From NCBI GenBank assembly GCA_002269645.1, contig NIVC01000151.1:248001-312000 (forward strand): a stretch of 64,000 nt of DNA, in the 5' to 3' direction. Below the pieces are notes generated by a model. It made no database searches. It was not told where the DNA came from and was given only the letters and a program-made list of their open reading frames with translations. The translations under genes were made by a program, and so were the position numbers. The DNA is from Macrostomum lignano. Its lineage: Eukaryota. This document shows, piece by piece, positions 46,850 through 58,225 of this stretch; position 1 is the stretch's first letter; each line of letters starts with the position of its first letter.

Positions 46850-47095
46850 ATCCGGTGGCCGTGCCAGCAACACCCAGTGGCCGTGACAGCAACATCCGGC
46901 GACCGTGACAGCAACATCCGGTGGCCGTGACAGCAACATCCGGTGATTGTGACAGCAACATCCGGTGGCCGTGACAGCAACATCCGGTGATTGTGACAGC
47001 AACATCCGGTGGCCGTGACAGCAACATCCGGTGATTGTGACAGCAACATCCGGTGGCCGTGACAGCAACATCCGGTCAACGTGACAATCCGGTGA
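46850..47095. repeat. 22-bp minisatellite with alternating variants, copy 1
   Basis: GTGGCCGTGACAGCAACATCCG alternating with GTGATTGTGACAGCAACATCCG. Confidence 0.95.
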
Positions 47096-47151
47096 CCTGA
47101 ATCAGTACATCCGGCTTCATGCATTCCACCGGGATCAAGCATCTGACTGAG

Positions 47152-49515
47152 CCGAGGCTGGGCTACCGGAGGCGCGCCCAGCAGGACATCCGCCTCGTGC
47201 GCCAGTACTCGCTGCTGCTGGCCATTCTTCTGACCAGCGTGCTCTACAGAGTGCTGGCCGTCCTGGTGGGTGAGTGACGGGACATTGCTGCGGTTCCGGA
47301 CTGATTCTCTTTAAATGCGCCAATCTAACAGGTAAATGCCCCAATCTTCCAGGTAAATTCCCCAATCTAACAGGAAAATTCGTCAGTCTAACAGGTAAAT
47401 GCCCCAGTCTTACAGGTAAATTCCCCAGTCTAACAGGTAAATTCCCCAGTCTAACAGGTAAATTCCCCAGTCTAACAGATAAATTCCCCAGTCTAACAGG
47501 TAAATTCCCCAGTCTAACAGATAAATTCCCCAGTCTAACAGGTAAATTCTCCAGTCTAACAGGTAAATTTCCGAGTCTAACAGGTAAATCCCCCAGTCTA
47601 ACAGGTAAATTCCCCAGTCTAACAGGTGAATACAATTTGCATTAACCTGGCTAAAGTGCATGGCACACTCAAAAGCAGCTTAGATTTGGTGCTTGTTTAA
47701 TGTAAGAATACTTTCTTCTTGCCGCTACCCGCCTGGTCCCCCTCGGCCGGGGTGCGGATGCCGGAGCGCTCATCACTAACCAAACACTCCGATGCTTTGC
47801 TCAGCAATTTGCTCAAGCAGCTGCTGCACTTCAGGGCCCGTGGCAGGTTATGCGTAGCTTGAGTCTGACATTGGAGTTCTGTCACGTGACGGGCTGCCAG
47901 CGGAATCGATCCCAAAACGTGTTTCTTTGTCACTGAAGCATTTCCTGGCTTTCTTGTCATTGCTGTTGAGGGACGCCTGGGATGGGTGCGTGAAACGCCT
48001 GTGTAAGAATTAGCTGGCATAGCAACTCAACTGCTGTCACTCTGCTAACAAGTCGTTTTTATAGCAGATGGAATAACTTAGTGAAAATATCAGGATATGA
48101 CTTTGAGTGCTTCCGCCACTGTGCGCTTGTACATCTGCGCGCATTCACACCCAATGACCATCATTCACACCCAATGACCATCATTCACACCCAATGACCA
48201 TCATTCACACCCAATGACCATCATTCACACCCAATGACCATCATTCACACCCAATGACCATCATTCACACCCAATGACCGTCATTCACACCCATGACCAT
48301 CGTTCACACCCAATGACCGTCATTCACATCCAATGACCATCATTCACACCCAATGACCATCATTCACACCCAATGACCATCATTCACACCCAATGACCGT
48401 CATTCACACCCAATGACCATCATTCACACCCAATGACCATCATTCACACCCAATGACCATCATTCACACCCAATGGCTATCATTCACACCCAATGACCAT
48501 CATTCACATCCAATGACCATCATTCATACCCAATGACCGTCATTCACATCCAATGACCATCATTCACACCCAATGACCGTCATTCACACCCAATGACCAT
48601 AGTTCACACCCAATGACCATCATTCACACCCAATGACCATCATTCACACCCAATGACCATCATTCACACCCAATGGCTATCATTCACACCCAATGACCAT
48701 CATTCACACCCAATGGCTATCATTCACACCCAATGACCATAATTCACACCCGATGGCCCTCATTCACACCCAATGGCCCTCATTCACACCTGATGGCCCT
48801 CATTCACACCCAATGGCCTTCATTCACACCCGATGGCCTTCATTCACACCCGATGGCCTTCATTCACACCCGATGGTCTTCAATCACACCCGATGGCCCT
48901 CATTCACACCCGATGGTCTTCATTCACACCCAATGGCCTTCATTCACACCCGATGGCCTTCATTCACACCCGATGGCCTTCATTCACACCCGATGGCCTT
49001 CATTCACACCCGATGGCCCTCATTCACACCCGATGGCCCTCATTCACACCCGATGGCCTTCATTCACACCCACCCCGCCCCGCTACGCAGTGCAGTTCAT
49101 GTACCTGGCGCTCCATTGCGAGTCCAGCGCCAGCAGCGGTTACGTCATCACGCTGTGCGCGGAGAACGCCTGCTTCGTCTGCGCCTGCCTCTGGTCGGCC
49201 GGCGGCGCCACCGACAACTGGCTGGCCGGCGCTGTCAACCGCGCCGTGTCGCCGCTGCTGCAGGCCGGCAGCTTCGGCTGCCTCTGCGCCAACGTGGCGC
49301 ACTTCCTGGTCACCGCGGCCGGCCGCCAGCCGCCCTGCTGGCCCCCCTACTTCACCGGCCTGCTGTGGGGCCTCACCTGGCTGAATGTCGCCTCCTTCGC
49401 CACCGTGGCCGGCCTGCTGACGCAGCTCAGCTCGCCGCTGAATCTCTTCGACGCCATCCGCCAGACAGACGGAGACGAGGGGGCGCCGGAGGAGAACCTG
49501 CTGGGGCGGGAGTGA
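47152..49515 (+). CDS. 3' part of an uncharacterised multi-pass membrane protein, copy 1
   Basis: Exon about 47152-47269 (YSLLLAILLTSVLYRVLAVLV, G|GTGAGT) joins in phase 1 to 49091-49515 (several hydrophobic Cys-rich segments, GC-rich codons, TGA). 5' exons were not resolved. Confidence 0.55.
47322..47630. repeat. 21-bp minisatellite containing CTAACAG|GTAAAT, copy 1
   Basis: Unit CCCCAGTCTAACAGGTAAATT, about 14-15 units. Confidence 0.95.
48143..49072. repeat. 20-bp minisatellite, copy 1
   Basis: CATTCACACCCAATGACCAT grading to CATTCACACCCGATGGCCTT, ending just before the acceptor at 49090. Confidence 0.95.
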
Positions 49516-49774
49516 CTGCCTTGGCTTGGGTCTGACTCCTGTCTTACTTGTGCAGCTGTTGCTTCATATTACTGAATATTACTAGAGTCTTACTCGGATC
49601 TTACTCAAAATTTTACTTGCGCGTCGCACGATCAAAGCCCTTGACTCGCATTAAGCTTAATAAGTATTTTACTTGAGTATGATATGTGCCAATTGTTCAT
49701 CTAATAATGATATCGAACTAATACTTTTATATTTATATGCAGTGACAGAGGGGCTCATAGCCAACCTGATGCGA

Positions 49775-51247
49775 GAGTGAGTGACAGTGAATGGGAGTGA
49801 GTGACAGTTAATGGGAGTGAGTGACAGTGAATGGGAGTGAGTGACAGTGAACGGGAGTGAGTGACAGTGAATGGGAGTGAGTGACAGTGAATGTGAGTGA
49901 GTGACAGTTAATGGGAGTGAGTGACAGTGAACAGGAGTGAGTGACAGTGAACGGGAGTGAGTGACAGTGAATGGGAGTGAGTGACAGTGAATGGGAGTGA
50001 GTGACAGCGAATGGGAGTGAGTGACAGCGAATGGGAGTGAGTGACAGCGAATGGGAGTGAGTGACAGTGAATGGGAGTGAGTGACAGTGAATGTGAGTGA
50101 GTGACAGTGAATGTGAGTGAGTGACAGTGAATGGGAGTGATTGACAGTGAATGTGAGTGAGTGACAGTGAATGTGAGTGAGTGACAGTGAATGTGAGTGA
50201 GTGACAGTGAATGTGAGTGAGTGACAGTGAATGGGAGTTAGTTACAGTGAATGTGAGTGAGTGACAGTAAATGTGAGTGAGTGACAGTGAATGTGAGTGA
50301 GTGACAGTGAATGTGAGTGAGTGACAGTAAATGTGAGTGAGTGACAGTGAATGTGAGTGAGTGACAGTGAATGTGAGTGAGTGACAGTAAATGTGAGTGA
50401 GTGACAGTGAATGTGAGTGAGTGACAGTAAATGTGAGTGAGTGACAGTGAATGTGAGTGAGTGACAGTGAATGTGAGTGAGTGACAGTGAATGTGAGTGA
50501 GTGACAGTGAATGTGAGTGAGTGACAGTGAATGTGAGTGAGTGACAGTAAATGTGAGTGAGTGACAGTGAATGTGAGTGAGTGACAGTGAATGTGAGTGA
50601 GTGACAGTGAATGTGAGTGAGTGACAGTAAATGTGAGTGAGTGACAGTGAATGTGAGTGAGTGACAGTGAATGTGAGTGAGTGACAGTGAATGTGAGTGA
50701 GTGACAGTGAATGTGAGTGAGTGACAGTGAATGGGAGTTAGTTACAGTGAATGTGAGTGAGTGACAGTGAATGTGAGTGAGTGACAGTGAATGTGAGTGA
50801 GTGACAGTGAATGTGAGTGAGTGACAGTAAATGTGAGTGAGTGACAGTGAATGTGAGTGAGTGACAGTGAATGTGAGTGAGTGACAGTAAATGTGAGTGA
50901 GTGACAGTGAATGTGAGTGAGTGACAGTGAATGTGAGTGAGTGACAGTGAATGTGAGTGAGTGACAGTGAATGTGAGTGAGTGACAGTGAATGTGAGTGA
51001 GTGACAGTGAATGTGAGTGAGTGACAGTGAATGTGAGTGAGTGACAGTAAATGTGAGTGAGTGACAGTGAATGTGAGTGAGTGACAGTGAATGTGAGTGA
51101 GTGACAGTGAATGTGAGTGAGTGACAGTAAATGTGAGTGAGTGACAGTGAATGTGAGTGAGTGACAGTGAATGTGAGTGAGTGACAGTGAATGTGAGTGA
51201 GTGACAGTAAATGTGAGTGAGTGACAGTGAATGGGAGTAAGTGACAG
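49775..51247. repeat. 20-bp minisatellite (about 1.5 kb), copy 1
   Basis: Unit GTGAGTGACAGTGAATGTGA (GGGA variant at the left end). Confidence 0.97.
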
Positions 51248-51379
51248 AGTGACCTGGCAAATCAGCTGGCAATGTGTGTCACCTGGCAGATCAGCTGACA
51301 ATGTGGGTCAGTGCCAAACTGATTGACAAACTGGCTGGGGGGGGGGGCATCTGCGATGTTGATGCGATGAGGCGCGCGG

Positions 51380-51455
51380 GAGGCCAATGGGATCTGAGAC
51401 GGGCCAATGGGATCTGAGACTGGCTGGGGCCATCCGAAGTCCCAAAATAAAAGCT
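51380..51455 (+). promoter_or_regulatory. Candidate promoter of the neuropeptide gene
   Basis: Two GGCCAATGG (CCAAT) boxes in a 20-bp duplication at 51384 and 51404, and an A/T-rich AAATAAAAG about 140 bp before the ATG. Motif-only evidence. Confidence 0.25.
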
Positions 51456-51585
51456 GGTGCAGAGGCTCCCACCATGGAGCTCTCACTGACTCCGCCGGGC
51501 CGCTCAGCGAACTCAAAAAGCCAAGTTCTCAGCTCGCATTATTTACTGTACTGCATTTCCATACAAGCAGAAGCAGCCCGGTTCG

Positions 51586-52546
51586 ATGGCTCGGTCTCTC
51601 TGTGAGTTTCCATGAGTTATCCTGCAGTGAAGAAGCGCAGATAAAGTTAATAAAGTTTAGGATTTGGCATTTCGGCATTTCAGTTTGGCAGCTGCTGTTC
51701 TTGGCCGCCGCCTTCGCCCTCGCCTCCGCGGGTCGCCTCCACGAGGAGTTTCCTGGTGAGCCTTCTGTTTAAACAAATCATAAGAGACAAATACATGTAC
51801 GAACAAATTAACATTGGAACATTGGGACATCATCCCACACCAGCGCTGCGGCTCTTCTGCCCATCCCGCTGGCTCCTGAGCGCATGCAAGCGCGCCAATA
51901 CTGTATGCAGACACGCCCTGAGGCAAACTCTCACACTGGGTGAACTGCTCACCTAAACTGCTCACCTAAACTGCTCACCTAAACTGCTCACCTAAACTGC
52001 TCACCTAAACTGCTCACCTAAACTGCTCACCTAAACTGCTCACTTAAACTGATAACCTAAACTGCTCACCTAAACTGATAACCTAAACTGCTCACCTAAA
52101 CTGATAACCTAAACTGCTCACCTAAACTGCTCACCTAAACTGATAACCTAAACTGCTCACCTAAACTGATAACCTAAACTGCTCACCTAAACTGATAACC
52201 TAAACTGATAGCCACTCACCTAAACTGATAACCTCAGCTGCTCACCTAAACTGCTCATTAAAGCTGCTCTTCCTAAACTAACTTGTCAGATACCGACGCT
52301 CTGGACGGCCCTGGTGCCGAGGAAGACGATCTAGCGAGGCTGCTGCCGCTGCGCCAGCTGGCTCGCGACTACAAGAGCAAGAGAATGTCGGAATTTGTCG
52401 GCAAACGGATGTCGGAATTTGTCGGCAAACGGATGTCGGAATTTGTCGGCAAACGGATGTCGGAATTTGTTGGCAAACGCCCAATGAGTCGAAAGCGAAT
52501 GTCGGAATTTGTCGGCAAGAGAATGTCGGAATTCGTCGGAAAATAG
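51586..52546 (+). CDS. TRH/EFLamide-type neuropeptide precursor (6 x MSEFV-amide), copy 1
   Basis: Exons 51586-51601, 51684-51755 and 52290-52546, both introns GT-AG phase 1. MARSLFWQLLFLAAAFALASA signal peptide, acidic spacer, then KR-MSEFVG-KR x5 and a final MSEFVGK-stop. Confidence 0.9.
51945..52280. repeat. 13-bp minisatellite in neuropeptide intron 2, copy 1
   Basis: CCTAAACTGCTCA / CCTAAACTGATAA. Confidence 0.95.
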
Positions 52547-52768
52547 TAAGCCGCTGAGCGGAGCCACCCAGGAGAAGAGTGAAGCAGCTGAAAGCACATT
52601 TGCTGGACATTTCCCTTGTCGCGATGGCGAACGCAGATCTGAAAATTCAATAAAGCAGCCCCGATGCGCCCTCTTGGATGTCGCAGTTAAAAAGTTATGT
52701 TTACAATTTTGAATTCCGTTGATTTAAAAAAATCGATGTCTCTCAATAAGAGTTCGAGTTGGGACCGG

Positions 52769-53742
52769 TGTTAGAGTTTAGGATCTCCGCGTTTTAGGGT
52801 CTCCGCGGTTTTTCTATATGAAAATTATAGCTACTTCTATGTACATCGAGATTGGCACCCCAAAGTGTGAGCAGTCTTGCGTAACTTTCAATAGGCTTTG
52901 CACATTTTGGAGATCAGCTTTGTACTCATATTTTATGGGTGGCGGGAAGCGCTGTAAACATTTACATTGGGCAGATGATAAGAAAGGTTTGTGCTGTGTG
53001 ATTTTCGTCGATTTCTGCATTTCAAAGCTTGATGGCTTCGCTCAATCAAATATTTTTCTACGTCCTAAACAATGAATATACGCAGGTACCAGCCAGATTG
53101 GACGCCAAAGATAAGGCCAACTTAAAAAGACGCATTAGAGAAAAGAGCAAGCGTTTCTCCATCCATGACGGAGCGCTTTACTACAGGGTGACTAATAAGG
53201 ACGACAGTCAGCGAATGCGGCCTGAAGACCATCGCAGAGTACTTTTCACAGAGGAAGAGGTACGGGATAAGATCCGCAGCCTTCACTCGCAAGGAAGTCA
53301 CGTGGGTGTCAACAGCACAGTGAGCCTTTTTACTGCACGATACGACTGCGGAGGGGACAGAGTTAGGCTTCGCAATCTTCGCAGGGACGATCGGAAGGGT
53401 GGTAAGATGCGATACACTTGGAGTCAGCAAGTCTACATCGTGACCAGGTGTCTTGGTCAAAACGTGTACAGGCTAGGAGGACTAACCATGTGTGTCAATG
53501 GGAAACACCTCAAGAGATGCTTCCTCCAAGCACCGGCTGAAAGTGCATCACCGGTTTTTCACTAAGCGGACATTTACTTCATTACTTTAACAGTAAACAG
53601 TTTTCCATTTAAATACACAGTTGTGCGAGCATATACATATAAAACTAATGCTACGTTGATGATAAAAATGCCTTTCCACTTCTTATACATGTACGCGTTC
53701 AATACCATGACCATTGGTTTTACACAAATGGGGGGAGATCGG
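52769..53742 (+). mobile_element. Ginger/GIN-like (gypsy-integrase-related) element, internally deleted
   Basis: ORF 53029-53565: ..KRFSIHDGALYY..RRVL..IRSLHSQGSHVGVNST....ARY joined directly to GDRVRLRN.RR..RKGGKM...W...Y.V.......VYRL; no DDE core. Candidate TGT-starting left end at 52769 with CTCCGCG subterminal repeats. Confidence 0.55.
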
Positions 53743-54541
53743 AATTTGTCTTCTTGCAAAAAAGTTTTTACAACAATTGCCGCTCAACTGAATTTGCTTG
53801 CCTGGAAAACTGCGGCCGGCTTTGTGTCTGACCTTTCATGTGCGCTGTGTCTCAGCTTTCAGTGTGTCTCTCGCCCTTCATTGTGTCTCGGCTTTCAGTT
53901 TGTGTCTCTCGCCCTTCATTGTGTCTCAGCTTTCAGTTTGTGTCTCTCGCCCTTCATTGTGTCTCAGCTTTCAGTTTGTGTCTCTCGCCCTTCATTGTGT
54001 CTCAGCTTTCAGTTTGTGTCTCTCGCCCTTCATTGTGTCTCAGCTTTCAGTTTGTGTCTCTCGCCCTTCATTGTGTCTCAGCTTTCAGTTTGTGTCTCTC
54101 GCCCTTCATTGTGTCTCAGCTTTCAGTTTGTGTCTCTGGCCCTTCATTGTGTCTCAGCTTTCAGTTTGTGTCTCTGGCCCTTCATTGTGTCTCTCACCCT
54201 CCATTGTGTCTCTCGCAATTCATTGTGTCTCTCACTCTTCATTGTGTCTCTCACTCTTCATTGTGTCTCTCGCAATTCATTGTGTCTCTCACCCTTGATT
54301 GTGTCTCTCACTCTTCATTGTGTCTCTCGCCCTTTATTGTGTCTCTCGCCCTTCATTGTGTCTCTCGCAATTCATTGTGTCTCTCGCAGTTCATTGTCTC
54401 TCGCAATTCATTGTCTCTCGCAATTCATTGTCTCTCGCCCTTCATTGTGCCTATCGCCCTTAATTGTATGTCTGTCAAAATTCATTGTGTCTCTCGCAGT
54501 TCATTGTGTCTCCCACCCTCCATTGTGTCTCTCACCTGTAG

Positions 54542-55349
54542 CCGTAACCGTCAATCTCAAGAAGTGCACCTTCAAGGCGTCGGAAATCGAGTTCGTTGGA
54601 CACCGCGTCAGCGCAGCGGGAATTCAACCTCTCCAGTCGCACACCGAGTCCGTATCGGAACTCAAGGCACCCACCAATACGGCAGAGTTGGCTTCATTCC
54701 TCGGCTTTGCAAAGTTCTTCCAGTTCTACATCAAGAACCTGTCTCACGTCGCCGAGCCGCTGACAGCGCTCCTGCGCAAGGACGCGCCATGGAACTGGGA
54801 CGCGAAATGCCGTTCTTCGACCAAGATCACGAAACCGTCATCTCCTGCGACAGCAGCGACGTCGCCCTGGGCGCGACCCCCAGCCAAGTCGACGAGCACG
54901 GACAGCTGCGGCCAGTCGCCTTCGCCTCGCGAGCCCTGTCCGACACCGAGCGCCGCTACTCTGCGTCAGAGAAGGAGGCCTTGGCCTGCGTCTGTAGCTG
55001 CGAGCATTGGCACCTGCTGCTGTACGGTCGCAAGTTCAAGCTTCTCACCGACCATCAAGCGCTGACGACCCTGCTGACACCTCGAGGAGTCGGCCAACGA
55101 CCTCTTCGACTTCAGCGCTGGTGCGAGCGACTCTTCGTCTACGACTTCCGGCTTCCGACACCGACATCGACTTCCGACATCGAGTACGTCCCCGGCAAGC
55201 TCAACGTCCAACCCGACTTTCTGTCTCGCTACGGCTACGACGGCAAGAGCGCAGCCAACGAGTCCAACGAGCAGCGCCAGAGCGAGTCCGACATCAACCT
55301 GGTGCTGGCCAGAAGCACCGAGCCGATCTCAGAGAGACTAAGAGAGACT
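54542..55349 (+). mobile_element. Ty3/gypsy pol fragment (RT C-terminus + RNase H), copy 2
   Basis: Same translation and same frameshift as 43468-44275. Confidence 0.92.
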
Positions 55350-58225
55350 TCATTGTATGTCTGTCAAAATTCATTGTGTCTGTCTCAATTCATTGTGTCT
55401 CTCACCCTTGATTGTGTCTCTCACCCTTCATTGTATGTCTGTCTCAATTCATTAGGTCTCTCGCCCTTCATTGTGTCTATCGCCCTTCATTGTATGTCTG
55501 TCTCAATTCATTGTGTCTATCGCCCTTCATTGTGTCTATCGCCCTTCATTGTATGTCTGTCTCAATTCATTGTGTCTATCGCCCTTCATTGTATGTCTGT
55601 CTCAATTCATTGTGTCTATCGCCCTTCATTGTATGTCTGTCTCAATTCATTGTGTCTATCGCCCTTCATTGTATGTCTGTCTCAATTCATTGTGTCTATC
55701 GCCCTTCATTGTATGTCTGTCTCAATTCATTGTGTCTATCGCCCTTCATTGTATGTCTGTCTCAATTCATTGTGTCTATCGCCCTTCATTGTATGTCTGT
55801 GTCTGTCACAATTCACTGTGTCTCTCACCATTAATTTTCTCACCAACCGCTGCCCAGACTCCCTCAATCCAAGGTCTGTCTGCCACTCCGCCTGTTCCCA
55901 CAGCCCGTTAACAACAGAGCCAATTTGCTTCAAGTGAGCAGGTGAGAAGGACATCCAATTAATTAGGCAGATCCGGCGGTGGAGAGCTCATCTTCATCGC
56001 GGTGTGTAAACAGCTCAAGCCGAGTGCTTCCCAGCGACACCTGAGACAATTGCTGCTTGTCTGCAGCTGGTCCGAGCCGCTTATTGATGCCTTGGATGAT
56101 CGCATGGAGACACTTCGGGTCCAACCGGTTGTTGAGTTCGCTGCAACGGATGGAGCCCGGGGTCCTTCACGGGTACTCACGTCCAGCTGGGGAGCACGCG
56201 GCGGGTGGGACGATGCAGCACTGGCCGCCCTCATCAGCTCCCAGTCTCTTAGGGCCCGGGTTTCGGTGGCGCAGCTCAGCGGTGAACAGTCTGGGTCTCG
56301 CGCCACGAGCCCCTGGGTTCGATTCCGCACTCATTTGGGCTTGTCGTGCAATTCACAGACATGAGGGCCAACCATTGAGCCAACTAACCAATCTGCTTGC
56401 TAGCGAGCTTCTCTCGACCCATAGGAAAATTGTAAAGCTTTTAAAACCAACCTTCAATCAGAAATGAGCAAAATGTTCAATTAATTGTTGAAAACAGAAT
56501 ACAAGTTAATTGAATCAAAATTAGGCCTTCATCATCAAATAAATTGGCATTAAAAGATTTACATGCGGGAATCCTCTGAGTACACTTGGTCCTTTGGTTC
56601 AATAGGCTGAAAGTGCCGTTCTGGCCTGTCCCCAGTCTTACTAGTGGACGGGTGGAACAGCCACGTCTATAAATAGAAAATGCCCCAGTCCCACCAGTGA
56701 CGGGTGGAACAGCCAAATCTATAAATAGAAATGTCCCCAGTCCCACTAGTGACGGGTGGAACAGCCACATCTATAAATAGAAGTGTCCCCAGTCCCACCA
56801 GTGACGGGTGGAACAGCCACATCTATAAATAGAAATGTCCCCAGTCCCACTAGTGACGGGTGGAACAGCCACATCTATAAATAGAAATGTCCCCAGTCCC
56901 ACTAGTGACGGGTGGAACAGCCACATCTATAAATAGAAATGTCCCCAGTCCCACTAGTGACGGGTGGAACAGCCAAATCTATAAATAGAAATGTCCCCAG
57001 TCCCACTAGTGACGGGTGGAACAGCCACATCTATAAATAGAAATGTCCCCAGTCCCACTAGTGACGGGTGGAACAGCCACATCTATAAATAGAAATGTCC
57101 CCAGTCCCACTAGTGACGGGTGGAACAGCCAAATCTATAAATAGAAATGTCCCCAGTCCCACTAGTGACGGGTGGAACAGCCACATCTATAAATAGAAAG
57201 TGCCTGCAGAACAGCAAGATGCCGCTGCAGTTTCCGAGACTGGGGGTCGACCCGATATTGTCTGTGGTAATCTGCAGCAACTGAAGATACTGCAATCCTG
57301 GGTCACTGAAGCAATGTCCTCAATGGTTGCAGAGTTGCGCCCCAGGCCATCCAGCCTCTTTTTCTCGCCTTGAACCCGCGGATCTTTGATATGGAACTCC
57401 AGTCGGTTGCGTCTTTCATTCATTTATTTGCAAGATTGAAGCTTCACAATCTCGAAGCTTCACAATCTCAAAGCTTCACAAGCTCGAAGCTTCACAAGCT
57501 CGAATCTTCACAAGCTCGAAGCTTCACAAGCTCGAAGCTTCACAAGCTCGAAGCTTCACAATCTCGAAGCTTCACAAGCTCGAGGCTTCACAAGCTCGAA
57601 GCTTCACAAGCTCGAAGCTTCACAAGCTCGAAGCTTCACAAGCTCGAAGCTTCACAAGCTCGAAGCTTCACAAGCTCGAAGCTTCACAATCTCGAAGCTT
57701 CACAGCCCAGAGCTCCTTTCTTTGAGTGCTATTTCGCGTTTAAATTGCATTAAACTTGTGTTCCCGAAAAAACTGCCAACCCCTCTACCATAGAGTCGAT
57801 TAAAAACATTTTTGTTAATAATGTTGAAGTCACTGGACTAAAGTACTTTTGGGTGATTCGTCAGTGCTTACTTCATTGTCAAGATATTTGATATCTAGAC
57901 ATCATAGAGAGAACAGAGCAATTATCCGGTGGCCGTGCCAGCAACACCCAGTGGCCGTGACAGCAACATCCGGCGACCGTGACAGCAACATCCGGTGGCC
58001 GTGACAGCAACATCCGGTGATTGTGACAGCAACATCCGGTGGCCGTGACAGCAACATCCGGTGATTGTGACAGCAACATCCGGTGGCCGTGACAGCAACA
58101 TCCGGTGATTGTGACAGCAACATCCGGTGGCCGTGACAGCAACATCCGGTCAACGTGACAATCCGGTGACCTGAATCAGTACATCCGGCTTCATGCATTC
58201 CACCGGGATCAAGCATCTGACTGAG

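Larger units (their letters stand above)
42669..53742 (+). repeat. Tandem segmental duplication, copy 1 (11,074 bp)
   Basis: AATTTGTCTTCTTGCAAAAAAG starts at both 42669 and 53743. Every ORF pair in the track is offset by exactly 11,074 with identical translation. Confidence 0.97.

Noticed and set aside
47152-49515. GPCR (possible cognate receptor of the neighbouring peptide)
   Set aside because: No DRY, CWxP or NPxxY motifs in register, and too few helices visible; left as an unknown membrane protein.
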